A DNA stretch of 64,000 bases from the NCBI GenBank assembly GCA_965215195.1, contig CBDCDC010000002.1, positions 192,001-256,000 of the forward strand, in the 5' to 3' direction. Every line of letters starts with the position of its first letter. The stretch's first letter is position 1. Positions 1-8,529 of this stretch are shown here, piece after piece. A program made the translations under genes and the position numbers. Origin of the DNA: Candidatus Latescibacterota bacterium. Its GTDB lineage: Bacteria; Latescibacterota; UBA2968; UBA8231. Under the pieces are notes generated by a model, which saw nothing but the letters and a program-made list of their open reading frames with translations, ran no database searches and was not told the DNA's origin.

Positions 1-928
1 TGACCTCGGCATTGTTGACCTGCCCATCCAGCGCGAGACGCACACGGATTACCCGAAAATCGAAGCGTCCGGGTTGAAGGGGAGTATCCGTGAAATTTTC
101 GATGCTCAAAACAAGGATGCTCAAGCTATCAAGCTTGCATTCAAGCTTGCATTCGGCCCTGAGCAAGGCGATCTGCACGCGGGTGCCTTGGGGTTTACCG
201 ATGCACGTCTCTTGCTTTTCCCGGTCAAGTCGGTCAAAGGTGTGTTTGCATGGGTGACGTGCCCAGCAGTTTTGGAGCGTTTCAAATATGACCTCTCCAT
301 TTGCCAACCGAGCATTACGTTTGTTGACGATCTCCCTAGCCGCAATACGGTGCCGACCGAGAGCGGACTCATTGTGAAGGACGAGGGAAATGCCAAGAAA
401 ATCGTGTTGGAAGAATACACGTTCACTGTCAATTCCGACAAAGAATGTGATGCTGTCGCAAAGTGGATTGCCAACAGAGTCCTTCCGCCAGATCTATGCT
501 ATAACTATTGGCATGAGAAGGTGAAACGAATCCTCGTCGTGTTGAGCGATGATGATTTTCGCGATTTCGTGACGCTCTCAACGGAGGTCATCGCCCGAAC
601 CAAAATCGACAGTGAAACCGGCACCGTTCAATCGGGTGCGCTGTGGTACGAGGAATACTTACCTACGGATTCGATTCTTTACTCGCTTGCATTGACGACA
701 CCGCTGTTCTTAAAAGTTGATGGGAATGATGATGCACAAAAGCAAAAAGATGAGAAGGCAAAAAAAGGCATCTTCTATGCTGGCCAAGGGGTGGACAAAA
801 ACCACGAGGAAGCCAAGAAGGTGATGGAATTCTTTGCGGACGGATTGCCGAATATCATCCAAATCGGCGGCAATGCAACCATTGGCAAGGGATTGGTTCG
901 GACACACGTTTATCAACATGGGGGGTAA
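1..928 (+). CDS. cmr4: Type III-B CRISPR RAMP protein Cmr4 (5'-truncated by window edge)
   Basis: Frame 2 from the window start reads DLGIVDLPIQRETHTDYPKIEASGLKGS. Also DARLLLFPVKS, ALWYEEYLP and the C-terminal glycine loop IQIGGNATIGKG. Followed by cmr5 and cmr6. Confidence 0.95.
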   Translation, partial: DLGIVDLPIQRETHTDYPKIEASGLKGSIREIFDAQNKDAQAIKLAFKLAFGPEQGDLHAGALGFTDARLLLFPVKSVKGVFAWVTCPAVLERFKYDLSICQPSITFVDDLPSRNTVPTESGLIVKDEGNAKKIVLEEYTFTVNSDKECDAVAKWIANRVLPPDLCYNYWHEKVKRILVVLSDDDFRDFVTLSTEVIARTKIDSETGTVQSGALWYEEYLPTDSILYSLALTTPLFLKVDGNDDAQKQKDEKAKKGIFYAGQGVDKNHEEAKKVMEFFADGLPNIIQIGGNATIGKGLVRTHVYQHGG

Positions 929-929
929 A

Positions 930-1340
930 ATGATGCCACAAAATCAGACAACACTTAAGGGAATTGAACAGGGGCGGGCCAAGTATGCTTTCTGCGTTGT
1001 CAATGACGTCAGCCAGATCGAATCTGATGACTTAAAAAAGAAGTATAAAACTGCTGCGAAGAAGATTCCTGTTCTAATAAAAACCAACGGGCTTGGGCAA
1101 TCCCTAGCATTCATTAAGAAAAGGAATGATGGTTACGACAAGCTGTACGAGCAGATTGGGAACTGGATCCAAACTGAGGATGCCAAGCAATTGGTTCCGT
1201 CGGGCGAACTTGTCGAAGAGGTTATCCAACTTCAATCGCCTGTCTATCGGCAAGTCACTATCGAAACGCTCGCGCTACTCAATTGGATTCGCCGATTTGT
1301 GGATGGACTCATGAAAGATGTGGAGGCAGACAATGACTAA
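930..1340 (+). CDS. cmr5: Type III-B CRISPR small subunit Cmr5
   Basis: [10 protein letters not shown]...[23 protein letters not shown]...[18 protein letters not shown]; lies between cmr4 and cmr6. Start taken at ATG 930. Confidence 0.93.
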   Translation: MMPQNQTTLKGIEQGRAKYAFCVVNDVSQIESDDLKKKYKTAAKKIPVLIKTNGLGQSLAFIKKRNDGYDKLYEQIGNWIQTEDAKQLVPSGELVEEVIQLQSPVYRQVTIETLALLNWIRRFVDGLMKDVEADND

Positions 1341-2400
1341 CTACCATCCATCCGATACGGAGCAACTGATTCGCTCATGTAACCACCGGATTGACAACTT
1401 TGCTCTACGCTACCGACATTTTTTGCGGATTGATGCCCCAAGAGGCAATGACCTGAAATACAAAATCAACTTTCAGTGTTCCGGTCAGAAGCTTGAGAAA
1501 TCGTCTCAAGAATGTGTCAAGCATCTGAGAGAACGGCAACGCCAGCAACTCCAGCAGTTTGCTATGCGCGGCATTGAACTTTACTGCGTTGATGCAACGG
1601 TTGATTGGCGGCTGATTGTTGGTCTCGGTAGCGAGCATATTCAGGAGACAAACATGACGCTCCATCACATCTACGGCATTCCGTACATTCCCGGAAGTGC
1701 TGTGAAGGGCGTGTTGCGCCACTGGTGGTTGCATGAGGATTTTGACAATGACGAAAACAAAGCCCTGAAAAATAAAAGTTTTCTCGCTCTCTTTGGCAGC
1801 CAAAAACAGCGCGGGAAAGTGCAATTCATTGACGCCTATCCTGATGAAGTCCGTTTTGCAACGGATATCATGAATCCGCACTATCCCGACTATTACAGTG
1901 GCAGCAAACCACCAACAGATTCTCAAAATCCAGTGCCTATCAATTTTTTGACCGTCGAGCAGACCACCTTTCGATTCGCTTTCTTGGCAAAGGATCAAGA
2001 ACTTCTCGATAAACTCAAGGCGCGATTTGAAGATGCCTTAGAAATGAAAGGCATTGGAGCGAAAACAGCGGTTGGTTATGGGTATTTCCGCGATTTTAAA
2101 GACCAGACTGCCAACATAACAGACCGTGAAGCCGATATGCCCGCTCGGCCTTTGAATGCGACCAAAAGCACTATATCAATCACAGCAGACCGCGAAGCCC
2201 GTGAAGTCGGAACTGTAAAATGGTTCAACGCTGCCAGAGGATTCGGTTTTATTGAGCAAGAAGGTGGCGAAGACGTTTTTGTCCATTATTCCGCGATTCA
2301 AGCCAAGGGCTATAAATCTTTGGCAGAGGGTGACTGTGTTGAATTTGACATTACCGAGGGGCCTAAGGGACTCCAAGCTTCAAATGTCGTGAAGCGATAA
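1333..2400 (+). CDS. cmr6: Cmr6 RAMP protein fused to a C-terminal cold-shock domain
   Basis: Cmr6 motifs [35 protein letters not shown] and [11 protein letters not shown]. These are followed in frame by [15 protein letters not shown]...DVFVHYSAI...[10 protein letters not shown] (CSD with RNP1/RNP2). Confidence 0.93.
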   Translation: MTNYHPSDTEQLIRSCNHRIDNFALRYRHFLRIDAPRGNDLKYKINFQCSGQKLEKSSQECVKHLRERQRQQLQQFAMRGIELYCVDATVDWRLIVGLGSEHIQETNMTLHHIYGIPYIPGSAVKGVLRHWWLHEDFDNDENKALKNKSFLALFGSQKQRGKVQFIDAYPDEVRFATDIMNPHYPDYYSGSKPPTDSQNPVPINFLTVEQTTFRFAFLAKDQELLDKLKARFEDALEMKGIGAKTAVGYGYFRDFKDQTANITDREADMPARPLNATKSTISITADREAREVGTVKWFNAARGFGFIEQEGGEDVFVHYSAIQAKGYKSLAEGDCVEFDITEGPKGLQASNVVKR

Positions 2401-2427
2401 TCTGAAATAAATTCAGAATCATGCCGC

Positions 2428-2460
2428 GGGCACTCTCTCTTTTTGAGATGGTGTTTTTTT
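2428..2460 (+). terminator. Possible intrinsic terminator after the cmr operon
   Basis: Imperfect hairpin GCACTCTCTC-TTTTT-GAGATGGTGT followed by a T run. Confidence 0.4.
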
Positions 2461-2587
2461 ATGTACGCGTCGAGACATCTTGCTCGCGCACAGGCCGCTC
2501 GGCTACTGAAGGCGTTGGAGGACAAGCTAACCCATCCCCACCCTGTAGATTACCCGGACCATCCCTCGCACGAGCAAAGGAGTAAAC

Positions 2588-4471
2588 ATGCAAGAAGTAT
2601 TGCGCCAAGCGCGACAGCACATTGACGCGAGTGAATTCGACCGGGCCGAGAGCCTGTGTGCCGATGTCTTGGTGGCCGATCCGGTCTGTGTGCCGGCACA
2701 CCAACTGATGGCGCGGGTGTGGCTGGGACGGAAGCAACCCGACAAAGTGCGCGACCGCCTCGGGTATCGCGACCAGTTGCCCCACGACGAACACTATGTC
2801 GAGTGGGGCCTGATCGCCGAGGAGATGGAAGACTTGGAGACCGCCGGCCAGCTCTATGAAGGGCTGCTGCAGCGGGAGCCGCAAAACGCCGTGGCCCTGT
2901 ACCGGCTGGGCTTGCTGTGCCTCGAACGCGGCGAGCGGGACCGGGCCGTGGGCCTGTTGCAGCGCACCTTGCGGGCGAGTCCAGAGTACGCTCCGGCCGC
3001 GTTTGAGCTGGCCCAGTGCTATGCCGAAGACGAGTTGTGGGGGCTGGCGGCCGATGCGTACGAGCGGGGCTTGGAGCGCGACCCGTCCCATGAGGAGGCC
3101 CGCACCGCCCTGCAAGTGGTGGAGGCGCGGATGCGGGAACTGGCCGAGTTGCCCAGCAGCGAGGTGCCGGCCGGGGAGGGCCCCACGCGGCGGATGCGGG
3201 TATTGTTCGCTGGGCGGGAAAATGTCCACGCCCGGCAGTGGATAGACGAAAATGGCCGGGTTGGGTACAGTCCGGTCCATGAGCCGCTCGCCGAGCATCT
3301 GTTAAGCCTGCATTTGCAAGGGACCGCGACCTTGGGCGTGTACCCGGTGCGGGCCGACCAGACGGTGCTGTTTGGGGCCCTCGATATTGATGTGCGCAAA
3401 AACGCCCTCACCGCGGGGCAGCCGCTCGCCGACCGACTGCGGGAAACCGTGCAGGCCGATGCCCGGCGGCTCGCCCGGCAGTTCGATGCGTTGCACCTGC
3501 CGGTCTATGTGGAGGAGAGCGGGTACAAGGGCGTACATCTGTGGATCTTTCTTGCGGAGCCGGTGCCGGCTGCGGAGGTGAAGCGCTTTTTGGAGGCGGT
3601 CGTCCAGCGGGTCGGCCCCCCTGCGCCCGAGCTCCAGTGGGAGGTATTCCCCAAGCAAGAGCAGGTCGCCGAGGACCAGTTGGGCAATCTGATCAAGTTG
3701 CCGTTGGGCATTCATCTCAAGACTGGGCGGCGGTGTTTGTTCACGGACTTGGAAGGGCAGGAGTACAGCGATCAGGAAGGGTTCCTCCAGCGCATTCAGC
3801 AGGTTGAGCGCAAGGATTTCGAGCGGGCCGTGTCTCGCTTGGTGGCCCGGCCCGAGCAAGGCGGCGCGGCCGGGTCGGCTCAAGCCCTGCGCGAGGCTTT
3901 TCCCGAATACGAGGCCCTGTTCAAGGGCTGCCCGGTCTTGGTCGCCCTTATGGAAAAGGCCGTGGTCACCCATCACCTCACCCACGACGAACGCTTGGTC
4001 CTCAAGTGCGTTTTGGCGCACTTAGGCGACAGGGGGCGTCGGCTGATCCACAGTATTGTCGGGCACTGCCTCGATTACTCTGAGGCGATCACCCAGCAGC
4101 AAATTGAGCGCACCCCGCCCTATCCGGTCAGTTGTCCCAAAATTCGTCAGCGCCTCCCGGAGGTCACTTCAACGGTCAACTGCGCGTGTGTGTTCGAGTT
4201 GCCCGAAGGGGGGTATCCTTCGCCGCTGTTGCATCTCGAGCCAGACTTTACCAAGGGTCGGTCTCACAATGCCGATCGGCACGGGCCGATGGTGGACAAG
4301 TACGTGAATTTGCGGCGGGATTATCAGCGGCTGAGCCGCGAGTTGGCCCACCTCGAAGACGATCTGCGCTACGCGCTTGACTCGAGCGGCCAAGACGAGT
4401 TGCGGGCCGGCGGGTGGATTCTGCGCCGCGATGGGGAGGGTCGCTTAAAGGTGGAGATCGACTTGGGGTGA
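2588..4471 (+). CDS. CRISPR-associated primase-polymerase (CAPP): TPR repeats + AEP domain + PriL-like Cys-rich domain
   Basis: N-terminal TPRs. AEP motifs FGALDID, ESGYKGVHLW and EVFPKQ...GNLIKLPLG. Cys cluster GCPVL/HCLDY/SCPKI/NCAC. RBS AAGGAG. Stop overlaps the cas1 start (GTGA). Confidence 0.85.
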   Translation: MQEVLRQARQHIDASEFDRAESLCADVLVADPVCVPAHQLMARVWLGRKQPDKVRDRLGYRDQLPHDEHYVEWGLIAEEMEDLETAGQLYEGLLQREPQNAVALYRLGLLCLERGERDRAVGLLQRTLRASPEYAPAAFELAQCYAEDELWGLAADAYERGLERDPSHEEARTALQVVEARMRELAELPSSEVPAGEGPTRRMRVLFAGRENVHARQWIDENGRVGYSPVHEPLAEHLLSLHLQGTATLGVYPVRADQTVLFGALDIDVRKNALTAGQPLADRLRETVQADARRLARQFDALHLPVYVEESGYKGVHLWIFLAEPVPAAEVKRFLEAVVQRVGPPAPELQWEVFPKQEQVAEDQLGNLIKLPLGIHLKTGRRCLFTDLEGQEYSDQEGFLQRIQQVERKDFERAVSRLVARPEQGGAAGSAQALREAFPEYEALFKGCPVLVALMEKAVVTHHLTHDERLVLKCVLAHLGDRGRRLIHSIVGHCLDYSEAITQQQIERTPPYPVSCPKIRQRLPEVTSTVNCACVFELPEGGYPSPLLHLEPDFTKGRSHNADRHGPMVDKYVNLRRDYQRLSRELAHLEDDLRYALDSSGQDELRAGGWILRRDGEGRLKVEIDLG

Positions 4472-5466
4472 TTCTCTATGTGACGGATCAGGGCGCGGGG
4501 GTCTATTGCCGCGGCGAGCGTTTGCAGGTGCGGCGGCGCAAGGAAGTATTGGCCGAGGTGCATCTGTACGATCTGGAACAGGTGGTGCTCATGGGCCGGA
4601 TCGCGCTTTCGGCCGCGGCCATGGGCACGTTGCTCGAGCGGGGCGTGGATACAGTCTTGCTGAGCGTGCATGGTCGATACCGGGGCCGGCTGGTCGGACC
4701 CGAACGGCGCAATGTGCTGCTGCGGCAACAGCAGTTCAAGCGCTACGAAGACGAGCCGTTTCGGCTGGGGGTGGGGCGGGCCGTGGTTGAGGGCAAGCTA
4801 CGCAATATGCGGACCCTGCTCATGCGCTTGGCCCGGCGGCGCAGGGTGGATGTGGGGGCGGTGGCCCACTTGCTGCGTCGGTCGATTCAGCAGGTCGGGC
4901 AGGCGACTAACGCGGAGTCGCTACGCGGTTTGGAGGGGGCCGGTAGCGCGGCTTATTTTGGGGTGCTTGGGGACTTTTTTCCCGAGGAACTCCCGTTCAA
5001 GGGACGCAACCGACGGCCGCCCAAGGATCCGGCCAATGCGCTGCTCAGCTTTGGGTATGCTCTGTTAGGCAACAGTGTGGAGGGCGCGGTCTATTTGGCC
5101 GGGCTCGATCCGTACTTGGGCTTTCTGCATGTGGTGGACTATGGGCGTCCTTCGCTCTCGCTGGATTTGATGGAGGAATTTCGGCCGGTGTTGGTTGATG
5201 CGCTGGTCTTGGATTTGGTCAACCACCATCGGGTGCAGAGCGAGGATTTTGAAGCGCGGGACGGAGGGGTATTTTTGCAGGGGGCGGGCCGCAAGCGGCT
5301 GATTGAGGCGTACCAACGCCGTCTCGAAGACCGGGTGGCCTACCCAGTAGGGGCCGAGCGAGTGGAACGGATTTCTTATCGGCGTTGCCTCGAATATCAG
5401 GTGCGCCGATTGGCCCGGGTGATCTTGGGCGAGGAAGACCACTATCGGGCCTTTCTGGTGCGTTGA
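4468..5466 (+). CDS. cas1: CRISPR integrase Cas1
   Basis: LRGLEGAGSAAYF, RNRRPPKDPANALLSFGY, GLDPYLGFLH and SLSLDLMEEFRP. GTG start at 4468 overlaps the CAPP stop. Confidence 0.96.
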   Translation: MILYVTDQGAGVYCRGERLQVRRRKEVLAEVHLYDLEQVVLMGRIALSAAAMGTLLERGVDTVLLSVHGRYRGRLVGPERRNVLLRQQQFKRYEDEPFRLGVGRAVVEGKLRNMRTLLMRLARRRRVDVGAVAHLLRRSIQQVGQATNAESLRGLEGAGSAAYFGVLGDFFPEELPFKGRNRRPPKDPANALLSFGYALLGNSVEGAVYLAGLDPYLGFLHVVDYGRPSLSLDLMEEFRPVLVDALVLDLVNHHRVQSEDFEARDGGVFLQGAGRKRLIEAYQRRLEDRVAYPVGAERVERISYRRCLEYQVRRLARVILGEEDHYRAFLVR

Positions 5467-5467
5467 G

Positions 5468-5743
5468 ATGTTTGTGACGGTTTGCTTTGATATCAGCTCG
5501 GACCGAACCCGTCGGCAGGCGACTCGGGTGCTGGAGGCTTATGGGACGCGGGTGCAGAAGAGTGTGTTCGAATGTCGCATTGGTGAGCGGCAGTTTGTCG
5601 AGTTGCGGCAACGCATGAGTCAGATCAATCTGGGGGCAGGTGATCTGGTGCGCTACTATACGCTGTGCCGGGCTTGTCAGGCCAAAGTCGAATTTACCGG
5701 CGGTTTGCCGCCGCAGGAGGAAAAAGGGCATATCGTCGTTTGA
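5468..5743 (+). CDS. cas2: Cas2
   Basis: VCFDISSDRTR...YGTRVQKSVFEC...DLVRYYTLCRAC; immediately after cas1. Confidence 0.95.
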   Translation: MFVTVCFDISSDRTRRQATRVLEAYGTRVQKSVFECRIGERQFVELRQRMSQINLGAGDLVRYYTLCRACQAKVEFTGGLPPQEEKGHIVV

Positions 5744-6004
5744 AAGGGGGAATTTGCGACTCAGTTTAAGAAAGGGTTGTCAAAATAGCACAATGGGGTT
5801 ATATTTTTTTGTGCCGTAAGGAATTGGGTGCGTTACTTGATCCGATTCTGGGTCGCAAATGGGTAACGGCCTGTCCTAGAATTAGTTGGCTCAGATGCTC
5901 TTGCCACAGTCAGAATGGTTTTGATAGGCGGGTGCCTGTCAAAATGGCCTGAGTCGCATAAGGGGGCTAGACGGACTGTGGCCCAATAAGTTAGAAAGGA
6001 GGCA
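5744..6004 (+). promoter_or_regulatory. CRISPR leader with sigma70-like promoter
   Basis: AT-richer non-coding stretch before the first repeat; TTGTCA(5777)-17 nt-TATATT(5800). Confidence 0.7.
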
Positions 6005-8354
6005 ATCAGAACACTGGACCCGATTTGTAGGGGATTGAAACGAGCCGATATCCGGTGTGGCGGCAAATTCAATACATAAATCAGAACACTGGACCCGATT
6101 TGTAGGGGATTGAAACATGCCGTTTTCGACCTCGCCGCCGGTCCACGTGTACGTATCAGAACACTGGACCCGATTTGTAGGGGATTGAAACACACCCAAG
6201 AGGTGTCCACCCGCACCAGGACCCGAGAGATCAGAACACTGGACCCGATTTGTAGGGGATTGAAACTTCTTGTTCCGCATCCTGCCGCGCAGCTTCCTGG
6301 ATATCAGAACACTGGACCCGATTTGTAGGGGATTGAAACTTTGCCGCGACCCGCTCCATGCACTCGTTAAACTCTTATCAGAACACTGGACCCGATTTGT
6401 AGGGGATTGAAACGTAATTAAACGACACGAGGTTGTTGTGAAACACACACATCAGAACACTGGACCCGATTTGTAGGGGATTGAAACCGAGAAAGTCATC
6501 TTCGGGTGGCGAGTACAGTGGCGAAATCAGAACACTGGACCCGATTTGTAGGGGATTGAAACATCTGTAGGCTGACGTCTTCGATCGTGATGGTATCGGG
6601 GTATCAGAACACTGGACCCGATTTGTAGGGGATTGAAACACGGCACCGACCGCTTCCTCGACCTCCGTAACCACCTATCAGAACACTGGACCCGATTTGT
6701 AGGGGATTGAAACTAATGGTCTCGGTCTCAGTCTCGGCCGAAGTCTCGGTATCAGAACACTGGACCCGATTTGTAGGGGATTGAAACTTCTTGCCCACAC
6801 GAATGTGGGGGTTTTGTGCCTCCGATCAGAACACTGGACCCGATTTGTAGGGGATTGAAACCACTTGGGCGGCCCCATGTCCGCAGCCGAGTTGCTCATA
6901 TCAGAACACTGGACCCGATTTGTAGGGGATTGAAACGAAAAGAAGAGGGCGAACGCCTGGGTCTTGTACCCTCCCAATCAGAACACTGGACCCGATTTGT
7001 AGGGGATTGAAACCACGACTTGTCGAGGGGGAAGTCTTCGGGGAGTCTCTCATCAGAACACTGGACCCGATTTGTAGGGGATTGAAACTGGATGGAGTTC
7101 TGCTGGAGAGCGTACTGGAAACCGAAATCAGAACACTGGACCCGATTTGTAGGGGATTGAAACGGGTCAGCGCCCGCCCGATAGGGTTTCTCGAAGAATC
7201 AGAACACTGGACCCGATTTGTAGGGGATTGAAACTGCCCGAGAACTCGCCGGGACCAATCAGAGACGCACATCAGAACACTGGACCCGATTTGTAGGGGA
7301 TTGAAACTTTTTTTCATACGGGGGTTCCTTCGCGTTGGGCGCGGATCAGAACACTGGACCCGATTTGTAGGGGATTGAAACTCAACCCACCTAGCCCGAA
7401 TCCCCCGAATCCCAAAAAAATCAGAACACTGGACCCGATTTGTAGGGGATTGAAACTTTAGAGAGTTGGGTTAGGTGGTTTGCGGCTTCCTCTTATCAGA
7501 ACACTGGACCCGATTTGTAGGGGATTGAAACTTGATGTCATTAACAGTGATCTGGAACATTTTGGCCTATCAGAACACTGGACCCGATTTGTAGGGGATT
7601 GAAACCCGATCGCCGCCCACCTCGTCCGGCGGATTTACCATCTCATCAGAACACTGGACCCGATTTGTAGGGGATTGAAACTTATGTGGGAATGGGGGTG
7701 GAAAAAAAACGACGAGATCAGAACACTGGACCCGATTTGTAGGGGATTGAAACAATGACTGCCTGACGCGACGGAGCGTCTTGATCAGGTATCAGAACAC
7801 TGGACCCGATTTGTAGGGGATTGAAACTTCATCACGATGCTTAAGTGCTCGGGGGCAATTTTCCCATCAGAACACTGGACCCGATTTGTAGGGGATTGAA
7901 ACTCGTCGAATTCGGGACTGAGCCCATTCTCGGTTTGAACGATCAGAACACTGGACCCGATTTGTAGGGGATTGAAACGCTCCTGCAGGGCAATCAGCGC
8001 CCTCTTGGTTCTTGCCATCAGAACACTGGACCCGATTTGTAGGGGATTGAAACACCTGCACGGTGGTCCCGAGTGCGAGCTCGTTTACAAGGATCAGAAC
8101 ACTGGACCCGATTTGTAGGGGATTGAAACACCTCCGAGACCACTTCGTCGGACTCGAGGTTGATATATCAGAACACTGGACCCGATTTGTAGGGGATTGA
8201 AACGCTTAGTGGGGCGACCTAGAAGAGCCGTTCCTCGAGCGATCAGAACACTGGACCCGATTTGTAGGGGATTGAAACCGATCTGGAACATTTGAGTCTC
8301 CTCAATTGTGGCCGCAGATCAGAACACTGGACCCGATTTGTAGGGGATTGAAAC
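6005..8354 (+). CRISPR. CRISPR array, 32 repeats of 37 nt (ATCAGAACACTGGACCCGATTTGTAGGGGATTGAAAC), 31 spacers of about 34-40 nt
   Basis: Repeats counted by eye from 6005 to 8318. The 3' ATTGAAAC tag and the leader position give the + orientation. Confidence 0.98.
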
Positions 8355-8380
8355 CCCGGAAGGCAGAAAGGAGGAGGCAA

Positions 8381-8482
8381 ATGAAAAAGGTTGTCTGCGC
8401 TGGACCGCCTAGGTCCGGCAGAAGCTATTTGTGCGAGGGATTGAAGCAGGCTATTATAAAAATTACCAAAGACGACCCGTAA
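8381..8482 (+). pseudogene. 33-codon remnant of a P-loop NTPase N-terminus (resembles Csx3/Crn3-linked ATPases)
   Basis: RBS AGGAGGAGG, then MKKVVCAGPPRSGRSYLCEGLKQAII...* (degenerate Walker A GPPxSG[KR]S). The family assignment is from memory, not from a search. Confidence 0.55.
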
Positions 8483-8529
8483 AAGATTGCTGGCGTTGTG
8501 ACTCGCCAAATACAATCGAGGTTTGCGTA

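Noticed and set aside
5833-8330. Many short ORFs on both strands (FNPLQIGSSVL / FQSPTNRVQCSD repeats)
   Set aside because: Translations of the CRISPR repeats, not genes.
6005-8354. Self-targeting spacers within the window
   Set aside because: No match was noticed by eye; not excluded without an alignment.
8428-8447. TTTGTGCGAGGGATTGAAGC as a degenerate terminal repeat, or GTGCG as a group II intron 5' end
   Set aside because: It is out of register with the array period and is explained as coding sequence (LCEGLK) of the P-loop remnant. Only about 100 nt lie before the RT start, too short for intron domains I-III.
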